64,000 bases of DNA from Clostridia bacterium (lineage in GTDB: Bacteria > Bacillota > Clostridia > Christensenellales > UBA1242): contig JAFXZE010000005.1 of the NCBI GenBank assembly GCA_017541375.1, positions 128,153-192,152 on the forward strand. The letters run 5' to 3'. The notes beneath the pieces were generated by a model, which saw only the letters and a program-made list of their open reading frames with translations, made no database searches and was not told where the DNA came from. Within the stretch, counting starts at the first letter, position 1. Each line of letters starts with the position of its first letter. The translations under genes were made by a program, and so were the position numbers. Shown one piece after another: positions 36,721 through 44,584 of this stretch.

Positions 36721-37715
36721 ATGAATTGTTTACAGGATACTCAAAACGAAGTAAGAGTATAAAAGCACTACTAGATAAATATAACATCCCCTCCATAGAA
36801 GTGGCAGCAAAAGCAGCTGATAGCCTGCTTGATGTGGATGAATTTGTACACAATGTGCAGCCAATTGCCTTTGACAACACCGTTTGGGCTTTTAAGGTGG
36901 GCACGGCACTTGCTCTCAAAACCAAAACTAACAATCCTCAAAAAATTGCTATACTACTAGGCGAAGCCTTGCAGGCTTTTTGCGTGCCAGGGTCTGTTGC
37001 TGACAAACGAAAAGTGGGATTAGGTCACGGAAATCTTGCTGCCACCCTACTCGATGAAAAAACTAAGTGTTTTTGCTTTATCGCAGGACATGAGTCATTT
37101 GCTGCTAGCGAAGGAGCAATCGCCCTTGCTACCAGCGTAAACAAAGTAAGAAAAACTCCGCTTAGAGTAGTGATAAACGGTCTCGGTAAAGACGCTGCCT
37201 ACATCATCAGCCGAATCGGTGGATTTACATATGTGGAGACTGATTTTGACTACAGTAAAGAAAAACTGATTATCAAAAAAGAACGCGCATTTAGTAAAAC
37301 GGAGCGTAAAAATGTGCGCGTATATGGAGCATTGAGTGTAAATGAAGGGGTGGCAATTTGCATACAAGAACATGTGGATATATCGATAACCGGTAACTCA
37401 ACCAACCCAACACGCTTTCAACACCCTGTAGCGGGTATATATAAAAAATATTGTGTAAATAATCACCTACCATACTTCTCTATAGCTAGTGGCGGCGGTA
37501 CAGGGCGCACATTACACCCAGACAACCTAGGTGCCGGCCCTGCTAGCTACGGACTTACCGACACTATGGGCAGAATGCACTGTGATGCACAATTTGCTGG
37601 TAGTAGCTCTGTACCTGCCCATGTGTACCTTATGGGATTTGTCGGCATGGGCAACAATCCGCTTATGGGCTGCTGTGTGAGCATGGCTGTACGCCTAAGC
37701 GAACTGATAAAATAG
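36717..37715 (+). CDS. GGGtGRT family protein (function unknown)
   Basis: Literal motif SGGGTGRTLHPDN. Length of ~330 aa is typical of that family. ATGA overlap with the upstream gene. Confidence 0.75.
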   Translation: MNELFTGYSKRSKSIKALLDKYNIPSIEVAAKAADSLLDVDEFVHNVQPIAFDNTVWAFKVGTALALKTKTNNPQKIAILLGEALQAFCVPGSVADKRKVGLGHGNLAATLLDEKTKCFCFIAGHESFAASEGAIALATSVNKVRKTPLRVVINGLGKDAAYIISRIGGFTYVETDFDYSKEKLIIKKERAFSKTERKNVRVYGALSVNEGVAICIQEHVDISITGNSTNPTRFQHPVAGIYKKYCVNNHLPYFSIASGGGTGRTLHPDNLGAGPASYGLTDTMGRMHCDAQFAGSSSVPAHVYLMGFVGMGNNPLMGCCVSMAVRLSELIK

Positions 37716-37749
37716 CAAAAAAATAACGCCCCAAAAAAGAGCGAAATAG

Positions 37750-37823
37750 TGGAGCAAGTGAAGGGAATCGAACCCTCGCTGCATGCTTGGGAAGCACGAG
37801 TTCTACCATTAAACTACACCTGC
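37750..37823 (-). tRNA. tRNA-Gly (anticodon CCC), CCA encoded
   Basis: Reverse complement is GCAGGTG-TA-GTTTAATGGTAGAAC-T-CGTGC-TTCCCAA-GCATG-CAGCG-AGGGTTCGATTCCCTT-CACTTGC-T-CCA. It has a 7-bp acceptor stem, a GTTCGATTC T-loop and anticodon loop TTCCCAA. Confidence 0.9.
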
Positions 37824-37832
37824 ATCTTCCCT

Positions 37833-37861
37833 ATTATAACTTAATTAAATGATAAAGTCAA
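37833..37861 (-). promoter_or_regulatory. tRNA promoter (TTGACT-17-TATAAT) on the minus strand
   Basis: -35 at 37856-37861, -10 at 37833-37838. The tRNA 5' end lies 9 nt downstream of the -10. Confidence 0.6.
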
Positions 37862-37894
37862 GAAAAATATATAAAAATAATGAGGATAATAAAT

Positions 37895-38929
37895 ATGAAA
37901 AAAATGACAAAAATTGTTTGCACCCTAGGACCTGCGTGCAACACCGAAAAAACCCTAACCGAGATGTTTGAGGCTGGAATGGACATAGCCAGGCTCAATA
38001 TGAGTCACGGAACTCACGCGACTCACAAAGCAATACTAGATGAACTAAAAAACCTGCGAAAAAAGGGACTACAAGTACTAGTAGATACAAAGGGCCCTGA
38101 GATGAGAATAGGCACATTTAAAAATGGTCAAGTTATCTTAGTGCCTGAGCAAAAATTCACCTTTACTACAAACGACATTGTAGGTGATGCTACAAAAGTC
38201 AGCTTAAAATACAAACAACTCGTAAAAGAAGTAAAGCCTAAAGACCGCATTTTTGCTAACAACGGTATGCTCGTACTTGAGGTAAAAAAAGTGACTAAGA
38301 CTGATGTGGAATGTGTCGTGCTATTCGGTGGCAAGTTATCAAATAACAAAGGATTGAATGTGCCAAACCTTGTGCCTAGTTCCCCATTCCTTTCAGATGC
38401 GGACAAACTTGATTTGCTCTTTGCTATCCAAAACAAAGCCGACTGGGTGGCGCTGTCCTTTGTAAGTAATGAGCAAGATGTAAAAGACGCAAGAGCATTT
38501 TTAAATGAAAACGGTGGAGAAAACATAAAAATCATCTCCAAAATCGAAAATGCCAGTGGTGTACTGAATGCATCAAAAATACTCGATGAAAGCGATGGAC
38601 TGATGGTGGCACGAGGCGACCTTGGAGTGGAGATTCCACTAGAAAAGTTGCCACCTATTCAGAAAAAGCTCATATCCCTTTGTAATGTAAAACGCAAAGA
38701 GTGCATTGTAGCTACTGAGATGCTTGAGAGTATGACAAATTCCACCCGCCCGACTCGTGCGGAAGTAAATGATGTGGCAAATGCGATATATGAAGAAGCC
38801 ACCGCTACTATGCTCTCTGGTGAAACAAGTGTAGGAATAAATCCTGTGCTGGTAGTACAAACTATGTCCAAAATTATAAATGAAATAGAAAAATATGTGT
38901 ATGTGACCAAACAATCACTAAAAAATTAA
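37895..38929 (+). CDS. pyk: pyruvate kinase, A+B domains only (no C-terminal regulatory domain)
   Basis: KIVCTLGPA, ARLNMSHG, DTKGPEMR, SKIEN, MVARGDLGVEIP, ATEMLESM..PTRAEVNDVANA, MLSGETSVG. The ORF stops ~25 aa after the last A-domain motifs. Confidence 0.85.
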   Translation: MKKMTKIVCTLGPACNTEKTLTEMFEAGMDIARLNMSHGTHATHKAILDELKNLRKKGLQVLVDTKGPEMRIGTFKNGQVILVPEQKFTFTTNDIVGDATKVSLKYKQLVKEVKPKDRIFANNGMLVLEVKKVTKTDVECVVLFGGKLSNNKGLNVPNLVPSSPFLSDADKLDLLFAIQNKADWVALSFVSNEQDVKDARAFLNENGGENIKIISKIENASGVLNASKILDESDGLMVARGDLGVEIPLEKLPPIQKKLISLCNVKRKECIVATEMLESMTNSTRPTRAEVNDVANAIYEEATATMLSGETSVGINPVLVVQTMSKIINEIEKYVYVTKQSLKN

Positions 38930-38959
38930 TTAAAATATACTAAAGAGGTTTATTAAGCT

Positions 38960-41404
38960 ATGTCTTTATCAAAAGAAAATTTGCAACAAACATTCAAGAC
39001 AATATTTGCTAGTGGTGTTGATAAATCAAAAACTATGAACAAAAGCCACCACTACTGTACTATGATGAAAACTCAGCAAAAAGAAGCTGAAGTAAATCGG
39101 CGCATTATCAAACTCACTCATGCTGTTGATGAATTAGTTGCAAAGAAAAATGAAACTAAAAATCGCAAAATCTATGACGAAAACTTTTCTATAATACAAA
39201 AAATTGCACTTGAGGAAGATGCACCTGAAATATTCTCTTCACTTGCCTGCTGCGAATATCTCATAGATCGGAAAGAAAGTGCTTACACACTATTTGCCAA
39301 ATCTATAGATAGCTACAAGCGCAAACTTCCCTCACTTACTGCAAATTCTGTTGAATATGAATTGTGTCGTGGTGACATTTCACGCAATTATGCCGTAATG
39401 CTCGCCATTAGCCAATTGTCTGATGACAACAAATATAAGGATGTACTAGATACATTTTTATCATCTATTACAAAAGACGAATACAGCACTCAGATATTGT
39501 CAAAAGTAGCTCTGATGTTTGCTGCTGGTCAATCTATAAATATAGCAGTTCAGCTATATGAAAAACTCATAGAGCTATCCCCAAATGACAAAGATGGATT
39601 GAAAAAATTAGCTGAATGTTACGATAGTTGCGATGATATAGAAAAATCTAAACAAATATACAAAAAGCTTATTAAACTAGATCCTAACAATGATGAATAT
39701 TTATCAAAATACATCCAAGTTTGCATAGAATCTAAAAATGATTTAGAAAAAGCTAAGACAGAAAATGAAGCTTTAAAAAAGCGAAATCCTTATGAATATT
39801 ATAATAACCTCTTTCAGATTTATATAGCCGAAAAACAATATGACCTTGCAAAAGAAACTCTAGATGCGGGAACTGCAGCAGGTTTTGGTAACAAACTTAG
39901 CTTTGATTGGGGTAGATACTATTTTATCAAAGAGCAATACGACGATGCTATCCCCCAATTTGAAATAGCCAAGAAAGAAAAACTTTTCCCAAACAACTTA
40001 TTAGATATGAATATAGCCATCACTCTACACTGTAAAGGAGACTCGGTATCCGCCCTTAATAAAATGCTCGATATCATTTCTGATGGGCATCTACCATATT
40101 TTTATTCATATGAGACTGCAATGGTTACAATGCTATATTGCTATAGTCAAGACTTAGCTAATATTGATAATAGAAGTGATTATTCAAAATTCAACGAGTT
40201 AAAGGAAAAATACCTTAGCATCATCGATAAATTTGAAAATAACTTTGATTCTATCGCTACTCTAAATACTAAAGACACCCTCAATACAAAATATGCAATA
40301 CGAGATACTCGAGATATTTTTACCGCAAACACAAATCCATCATATTTTATTAAATCAAACTCGCATTCCGCTCCAAAATCTCAAGAGCTGACTTTTGACA
40401 ACTTGCCTACCGTATTTGAAAACTGGTCAAAGCAACCATTTATACATCACTTTTTTACGCCTACCGAACTAAAACGTTTGCGCATAGATATAGAAACTGC
40501 CGTAAAAAATAGCTCAGACCCAGATTTCTCTTATGCGGGTTGTCTTATAAATCTACATCACTGTGTGGAAAAATACACTGAGCCGTTATTTAGTGCATAT
40601 CTTGATGACCGCATTAGAACACTCGAAGCAAAAGCAAATCGTGCTGAACAAAGAAAAGACGCTCTGCAGGCTGAGCTACGTGAAAAAGTAAATCAAAAAA
40701 TCGACCTACGAGCCCAAGGCAAACCTATTCCCAGACAGCTTTACGCAGAAATCGAGGAATTACGCAATGAAACATTCATTAGAACTGAAAAATTTGAGCG
40801 AATAGAAAAGCGCCTCAAAGAGTTTGTAGCTTTATCTAGCAAAAAATTCCGCCTCAGTGATCTATACTACTTAGTCATGGTATTCTCCACCCCAAAAACA
40901 AACTTTAACGAAAAAGATACTGATAGCGACAAGGATATAGAAACAGATATAGAAACAGACATCAATGAAGACAAAACTTCTGACAAAGAAAAACCAAAAG
41001 CCGTAAAGATAATCAATCCTTCATTTGGACAGTTTTTGCAAATGCATTACAAGCAAAATGAAGATACATCAAATCCCCAACTTATGGGCGCAGCTCTGCT
41101 ATACAATCTTGAGAGATATCGCATAATACGCAACAAAACTACTCACTTTAATAGTTACGATGCCCCATATGAAGAATTCACCATCCGCGATACTGTTGGG
41201 CGTCACAGGACCAATTGGGACCACTTAGAAGGTGAACACACCGTTACAAAAGATGACTTTCTCACCTCACTCAATCTTGCATTGTTTAGTAGGTACAGCG
41301 TCCTCAACTTGTTGAGTGACTCATTCGTATTTTATGAGACATATTCGGACAAAACAGGAGACTTCTTTGATAAAAACAACGATTCTGCCCGAACACCGCT
41401 CTAA
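38960..41404 (+). CDS. TPR-repeat / coiled-coil protein with C-terminal HEPN-like R-x4-H motif
   Basis: TPR-like 34-mers (e.g. ELSPNDKDGLKKLAECYDSCDDIEKSKQIYKKLIKLDPNN). Coiled coil at RIRTLEAKANRAEQRKDALQAELREK. Acidic DIETDIETDINED linker. ERYRIIRNKTTHF at 41129-41146. Confidence 0.65.
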   Translation: MSLSKENLQQTFKTIFASGVDKSKTMNKSHHYCTMMKTQQKEAEVNRRIIKLTHAVDELVAKKNETKNRKIYDENFSIIQKIALEEDAPEIFSSLACCEYLIDRKESAYTLFAKSIDSYKRKLPSLTANSVEYELCRGDISRNYAVMLAISQLSDDNKYKDVLDTFLSSITKDEYSTQILSKVALMFAAGQSINIAVQLYEKLIELSPNDKDGLKKLAECYDSCDDIEKSKQIYKKLIKLDPNNDEYLSKYIQVCIESKNDLEKAKTENEALKKRNPYEYYNNLFQIYIAEKQYDLAKETLDAGTAAGFGNKLSFDWGRYYFIKEQYDDAIPQFEIAKKEKLFPNNLLDMNIAITLHCKGDSVSALNKMLDIISDGHLPYFYSYETAMVTMLYCYSQDLANIDNRSDYSKFNELKEKYLSIIDKFENNFDSIATLNTKDTLNTKYAIRDTRDIFTANTNPSYFIKSNSHSAPKSQELTFDNLPTVFENWSKQPFIHHFFTPTELKRLRIDIETAVKNSSDPDFSYAGCLINLHHCVEKYTEPLFSAYLDDRIRTLEAKANRAEQRKDALQAELREKVNQKIDLRAQGKPIPRQLYAEIEELRNETFIRTEKFERIEKRLKEFVALSSKKFRLSDLYYLVMVFSTPKTNFNEKDTDSDKDIETDIETDINEDKTSDKEKPKAVKIINPSFGQFLQMHYKQNEDTSNPQLMGAALLYNLERYRIIRNKTTHFNSYDAPYEEFTIRDTVGRHRTNWDHLEGEHTVTKDDFLTSLNLALFSRYSVLNLLSDSFVFYETYSDKTGDFFDKNNDSARTPL

Positions 41405-41413
41405 ACTTTGTAA

Positions 41414-41440
41414 ATAAGCCTAATAAATCAAGGCTTTTTT
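41414..41440 (+). terminator. intrinsic terminator
   Basis: aagcct-aataaatca-aggctt plus T-run. Confidence 0.8.
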
Positions 41441-41449
41441 ATTTTTAAG

Positions 41450-41478
41450 TTGACAATACCAATTTATTTTGTTATACT
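41450..41478 (+). promoter_or_regulatory. promoter (TTGACA-17-TATACT, TG-extended)
   Basis: -35 at 41450-41455, -10 at 41473-41478. Confidence 0.6.
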
Positions 41479-41496
41479 AATAAAAAGTGTAAAATG

Positions 41497-41532
41497 TAAG
41501 CACAGCATAGAACTAGTGCTTATTTGTTTTTT
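41497..41532 (+). promoter_or_regulatory. terminator-like hairpin in the helicase 5' UTR
   Basis: taagcac-12 nt-gtgctta followed by tttgtttttt, about 20 nt before the SD. Confidence 0.4.
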
Positions 41533-41553
41533 ATCAATTTAAAAGGAAATATT

Positions 41554-42861
41554 ATGAAAACATTCGAAAACCTAAATATTGCACCCAATCTAGTTGCCAC
41601 TGTAGAGGCCTTAGGATATCTTGAGCCAACTGAGATTCAAGCAAAAGCCATCCCAGAATTATTAAAGGGGCACGATCTTGTGGGCCTTAGTCAAACTGGT
41701 ACAGGAAAAACTCTAGCCTTTTTACTCCCGATAATCAGTAAAATTACCGATGAGCGCTATCCTCAAGCACTTATTCTCTGCCCCACGCGTGAACTGGCTG
41801 AGCAAATCTTATTAGAGGCGAAAAAACTCTCCCCCAAAAGCAATGTGAAAGCAATCGCGATTTTTGGCGGAACAGACATTCAGCGTCAAATATATGCTAT
41901 CAAGCGCGGAGTAAATCTAGTAATAGGCACACCTGGTCGAATTCTCGACCACATTAGGCGCAAAACACTAAAACTGGGGCTTATTAATACAGTTGTGTTG
42001 GATGAAGCTGATGAAATGCTCAACATGGGCTTTTTACCTGATATCCAGTCTATACTTAGCGTTGTTCCTACAGAGCGCCAAACAATCATGTTTAGTGCGA
42101 CTATGAGTAAGGACATATCGAGCATTGCCACACGATTTATGCGCTCACCTGTACGCATCACTGTAGGCACACCAAATGCCACCATTGCTAGCATCAAGCA
42201 GACCTATTTTATCTGCCCCAAAGACAAGAAAAAACGCACGCTAAATGCTCTACTCCGCGAGATTCCTCGAGGCAGGACTATTGTATTTTGCAATACCAAA
42301 AAGATGGTAGATAGTGTGGAACTATACCTCAAAAAGTCGGGTTTTATGGTGCTAGCTCTTCATGGAGACATGCCCCAAAATGTGCGTAGGCGTGTAATGA
42401 ACGAATACAAAACCGAGATAAACAACATTTTAGTGACCACCGACATTGCAGCTCGAGGAATAGATGTGGCAGACATTTTGTCTGTAATCAACTTTGACCT
42501 GCCTCAAAACAACGAATATTACATCCACCGTGTAGGTCGTACTGGGCGCGCAGGTAAATCGGGCAGTGCCTACACCCTGCTAAACAGCCCCGAGCAAGTA
42601 GCAGAAATCAAAGAAATCGAGAAAAAGACAAAATCTCACATTACTCCATCAACTCTCTCGCTTGAGGGAACGCTCGACTCTGCCCCAACTCGATCTAAGC
42701 CCGTAGGCAAAAAACTCAATCTCAAGTCCCGCGAGAAACGCGCGCTCGCTTTTGGTAAGGAAAAACGCCAGCGTGCTGGTGTAAAAATTGTGGGGCACAG
42801 CAAAATTGGCACCAAAAAGCGTACTATTCGCAATCCCCACAAGAGTAAAATTCATTTTTAA
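41554..42861 (+). CDS. DEAD-box ATP-dependent RNA helicase with basic C-terminal tail
   Basis: Q-motif region, SQTGTGKT, PTRELA, DEAD, SAT, HRVGRTGRAG. Start at ATG 41554. Confidence 0.9.
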   Translation: MKTFENLNIAPNLVATVEALGYLEPTEIQAKAIPELLKGHDLVGLSQTGTGKTLAFLLPIISKITDERYPQALILCPTRELAEQILLEAKKLSPKSNVKAIAIFGGTDIQRQIYAIKRGVNLVIGTPGRILDHIRRKTLKLGLINTVVLDEADEMLNMGFLPDIQSILSVVPTERQTIMFSATMSKDISSIATRFMRSPVRITVGTPNATIASIKQTYFICPKDKKKRTLNALLREIPRGRTIVFCNTKKMVDSVELYLKKSGFMVLALHGDMPQNVRRRVMNEYKTEINNILVTTDIAARGIDVADILSVINFDLPQNNEYYIHRVGRTGRAGKSGSAYTLLNSPEQVAEIKEIEKKTKSHITPSTLSLEGTLDSAPTRSKPVGKKLNLKSREKRALAFGKEKRQRAGVKIVGHSKIGTKKRTIRNPHKSKIHF

Positions 42862-42879
42862 TAAATTGAACAATTAACG

Positions 42880-42966
42880 AAAAAAGGCTATCTAGCCTTT
42901 TTTATTACAGCGTCATCGCTGGGAGCAATCGTGCTCCACCCGAGAAGCGCGCGGCGCTTCACCCGA
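42880..42966. repeat. terminator + GC-rich hairpin element, copy A
   Basis: aaaaaaggctatctagcctttttt, then cgctgggagcaatcgtgctccacccga-GAAGCGC-gcg-GCGCTTC. About 70% identical to copy B at 46714-46805. Confidence 0.65.
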
Positions 42967-42970
42967 ATAT

Positions 42971-44473
42971 TTAGCTATTTAATTCTGCATCCAATGCATC
43001 TTTATCAGCCTTGGTTATAGTAATAATGTGGTCAGCTGGTATTTCTGCACTTAGCTCTGCTAGAATGGCTTCTTTATCATAAGAATCACTAAATGATATA
43101 GCCGGATATTCATTTGAGCAAACATTATTTGTTATAGTGTCACTACCAAAGTTTTGTCTTCCATTTCCATATATGTCAAAATGTTTAATTGTACCTATAA
43201 TATCATATGTTGTAATTGTATATCTATCAGCAGTAATATTGTTATCAGCATCTGTTCCTAGGAAGTATACATGATAATTACTATTGTCATATACCAACTT
43301 AAATACCAATTCACTAGGATTTGTTTCATCCTCTATAATAACTTTATAAACTTCACCGTATGTCAATTCATTATCCTTGAGTGCAAGATATATAGTGTTG
43401 CCTCTATCTACCAATTGCACAAACCCACCATCAACACCTGCATCTGGTCCTAACTCAAGGTCAGCTACATTGTAACTCAAGTTTTTAAACAATACATTCA
43501 TTCCAGCATTTAGACTTACCACAGAACTCTCCAATGCTGTTATTGTACTGGCTTGGGCATTATTTTGCTCTGTTAAATTATTTATCTGCTCTGTTTGAGT
43601 TGCATTTGTTGCCTGTAAATCTGATATAATTGAGCCTTGTTCTGATACTTGAGACTCTAATGTTGTTTTTTGTCCTTCTAATACCTCAACTTGCCCTGTT
43701 AAATTTGAGTTCACATTTTGTAAGTTGGTTATTGTGCTTGCTTGGGCATTATTTTGCTCTGTTAATGTAGTGATTGTACTTGCTTGCTCTTCATTTGTTG
43801 TTGTTAGAGTTTCATTTTGAGTCGTTAGTGTATTGTTTTGTGTTGTTAGTTCCGTGTTTTCAGATTGTAAAGTTGTGATCTGATTTGCTTGATTAGATGT
43901 TTGTGTTCGTAGTGTAGAATTTTCTGATTGTAATGCAGTGATTGTGCTTGCTTGCTCTTCATTTGTTGTTTGTAAACCTGATACTTGAGATTCTAACGAT
44001 GTTTTTTGTTCTTCTAATACCTCAACTTGCCCTGTTAAATTTGATTTTTCATTTTGTAAGTTGGTTATTGTGCTAGCTTGGGCATTATTTTGCTCTGTTA
44101 ATGTAGTGATTGTGCTTGCTTGCTCTTCATTTGTAGCTTGTAAACCTGATATAATTGAACCTTGTTCTGCTATTTGGGACTCTAAGGAAGCATTTGTTGC
44201 CTCCAATTCTTGTATTTGTGTAGCACTATCGGTATTCTTCAATTCTTCATTTTCGGCTTGTAATTCAGCTATTTGGGTCGCTTGCGTTTCATTTGTTGTT
44301 TGCAATGTCGATATCTGCTCTGCTTGAGCTGCATTTGTTGTTTGTAAAGTTGTTATTTGAGAATTTAACTCTGCAGTGTTTTCAGCATCGCTACACCCCG
44401 CAAGTGCTGGTGTAGCGCAAAGAGCAACTGCTAATGCACCAGTAATGATGCCTGCTTTCATTTTTTTCTTCAT
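42971..44473 (-). CDS. lipoprotein with long coiled-coil stalk and C-terminal globular domain
   Basis: Signal peptide plus lipobox (ALCATPALAGC). ~330 aa of QTTN/ASTIT heptad-like repeats. AGGAG SD before ATG 44473. Confidence 0.75.
   Translation of the reverse strand: MKKKMKAGIITGALAVALCATPALAGCSDAENTAELNSQITTLQTTNAAQAEQISTLQTTNETQATQIAELQAENEELKNTDSATQIQELEATNASLESQIAEQGSIISGLQATNEEQASTITTLTEQNNAQASTITNLQNEKSNLTGQVEVLEEQKTSLESQVSGLQTTNEEQASTITALQSENSTLRTQTSNQANQITTLQSENTELTTQNNTLTTQNETLTTTNEEQASTITTLTEQNNAQASTITNLQNVNSNLTGQVEVLEGQKTTLESQVSEQGSIISDLQATNATQTEQINNLTEQNNAQASTITALESSVVSLNAGMNVLFKNLSYNVADLELGPDAGVDGGFVQLVDRGNTIYLALKDNELTYGEVYKVIIEDETNPSELVFKLVYDNSNYHVYFLGTDADNNITADRYTITTYDIIGTIKHFDIYGNGRQNFGSDTITNNVCSNEYPAISFSDSYDKEAILAELSAEIPADHIITITKADKDALDAELNS
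43642..43798. repeat. 157-bp intragenic direct repeat, copy 1
   Basis: Roughly 90% identical by eye to 43978-44134 (offset 336 bp = 112 codons). Confidence 0.8.
43978..44134. repeat. 157-bp intragenic direct repeat, copy 2
   Basis: See copy 1. The shorter core tgattgtRcttgcttgctcttcatttgt occurs three times (about 43771, 43939 and 44107). Confidence 0.8.
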
Positions 44474-44517
44474 ATCATATCTCCTAAAAAAATTATCGAA
44501 CACTCGATTAGTTTAAT

Positions 44518-44584
44518 TTTATCATAACATAAAAAAAATACCAAACTATTTTAGGTATTTTTTGATAATTTTTACAGATTATGC
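44518..44584. repeat. intergenic module (terminator + downstream promoter region), copy 1
   Basis: tatcataaca-aaaaaaaataccaaactattttaggtattttttgataatttttacagattat. About 85% identical to 45426-45490, and the stop codon of the upstream gene falls at the same position in both copies. Confidence 0.75.

Noticed and set aside
42906-42966. GC-rich elements as tRNA genes, tRNA fragments or att sites
   Set aside because: The minus strand contains ggtggagca, which is reminiscent of a tRNA 3' end. However, there is no T-loop (GTTCGAATC-like) and no cloverleaf, and no integrase is nearby. I report them as a repeat element instead.
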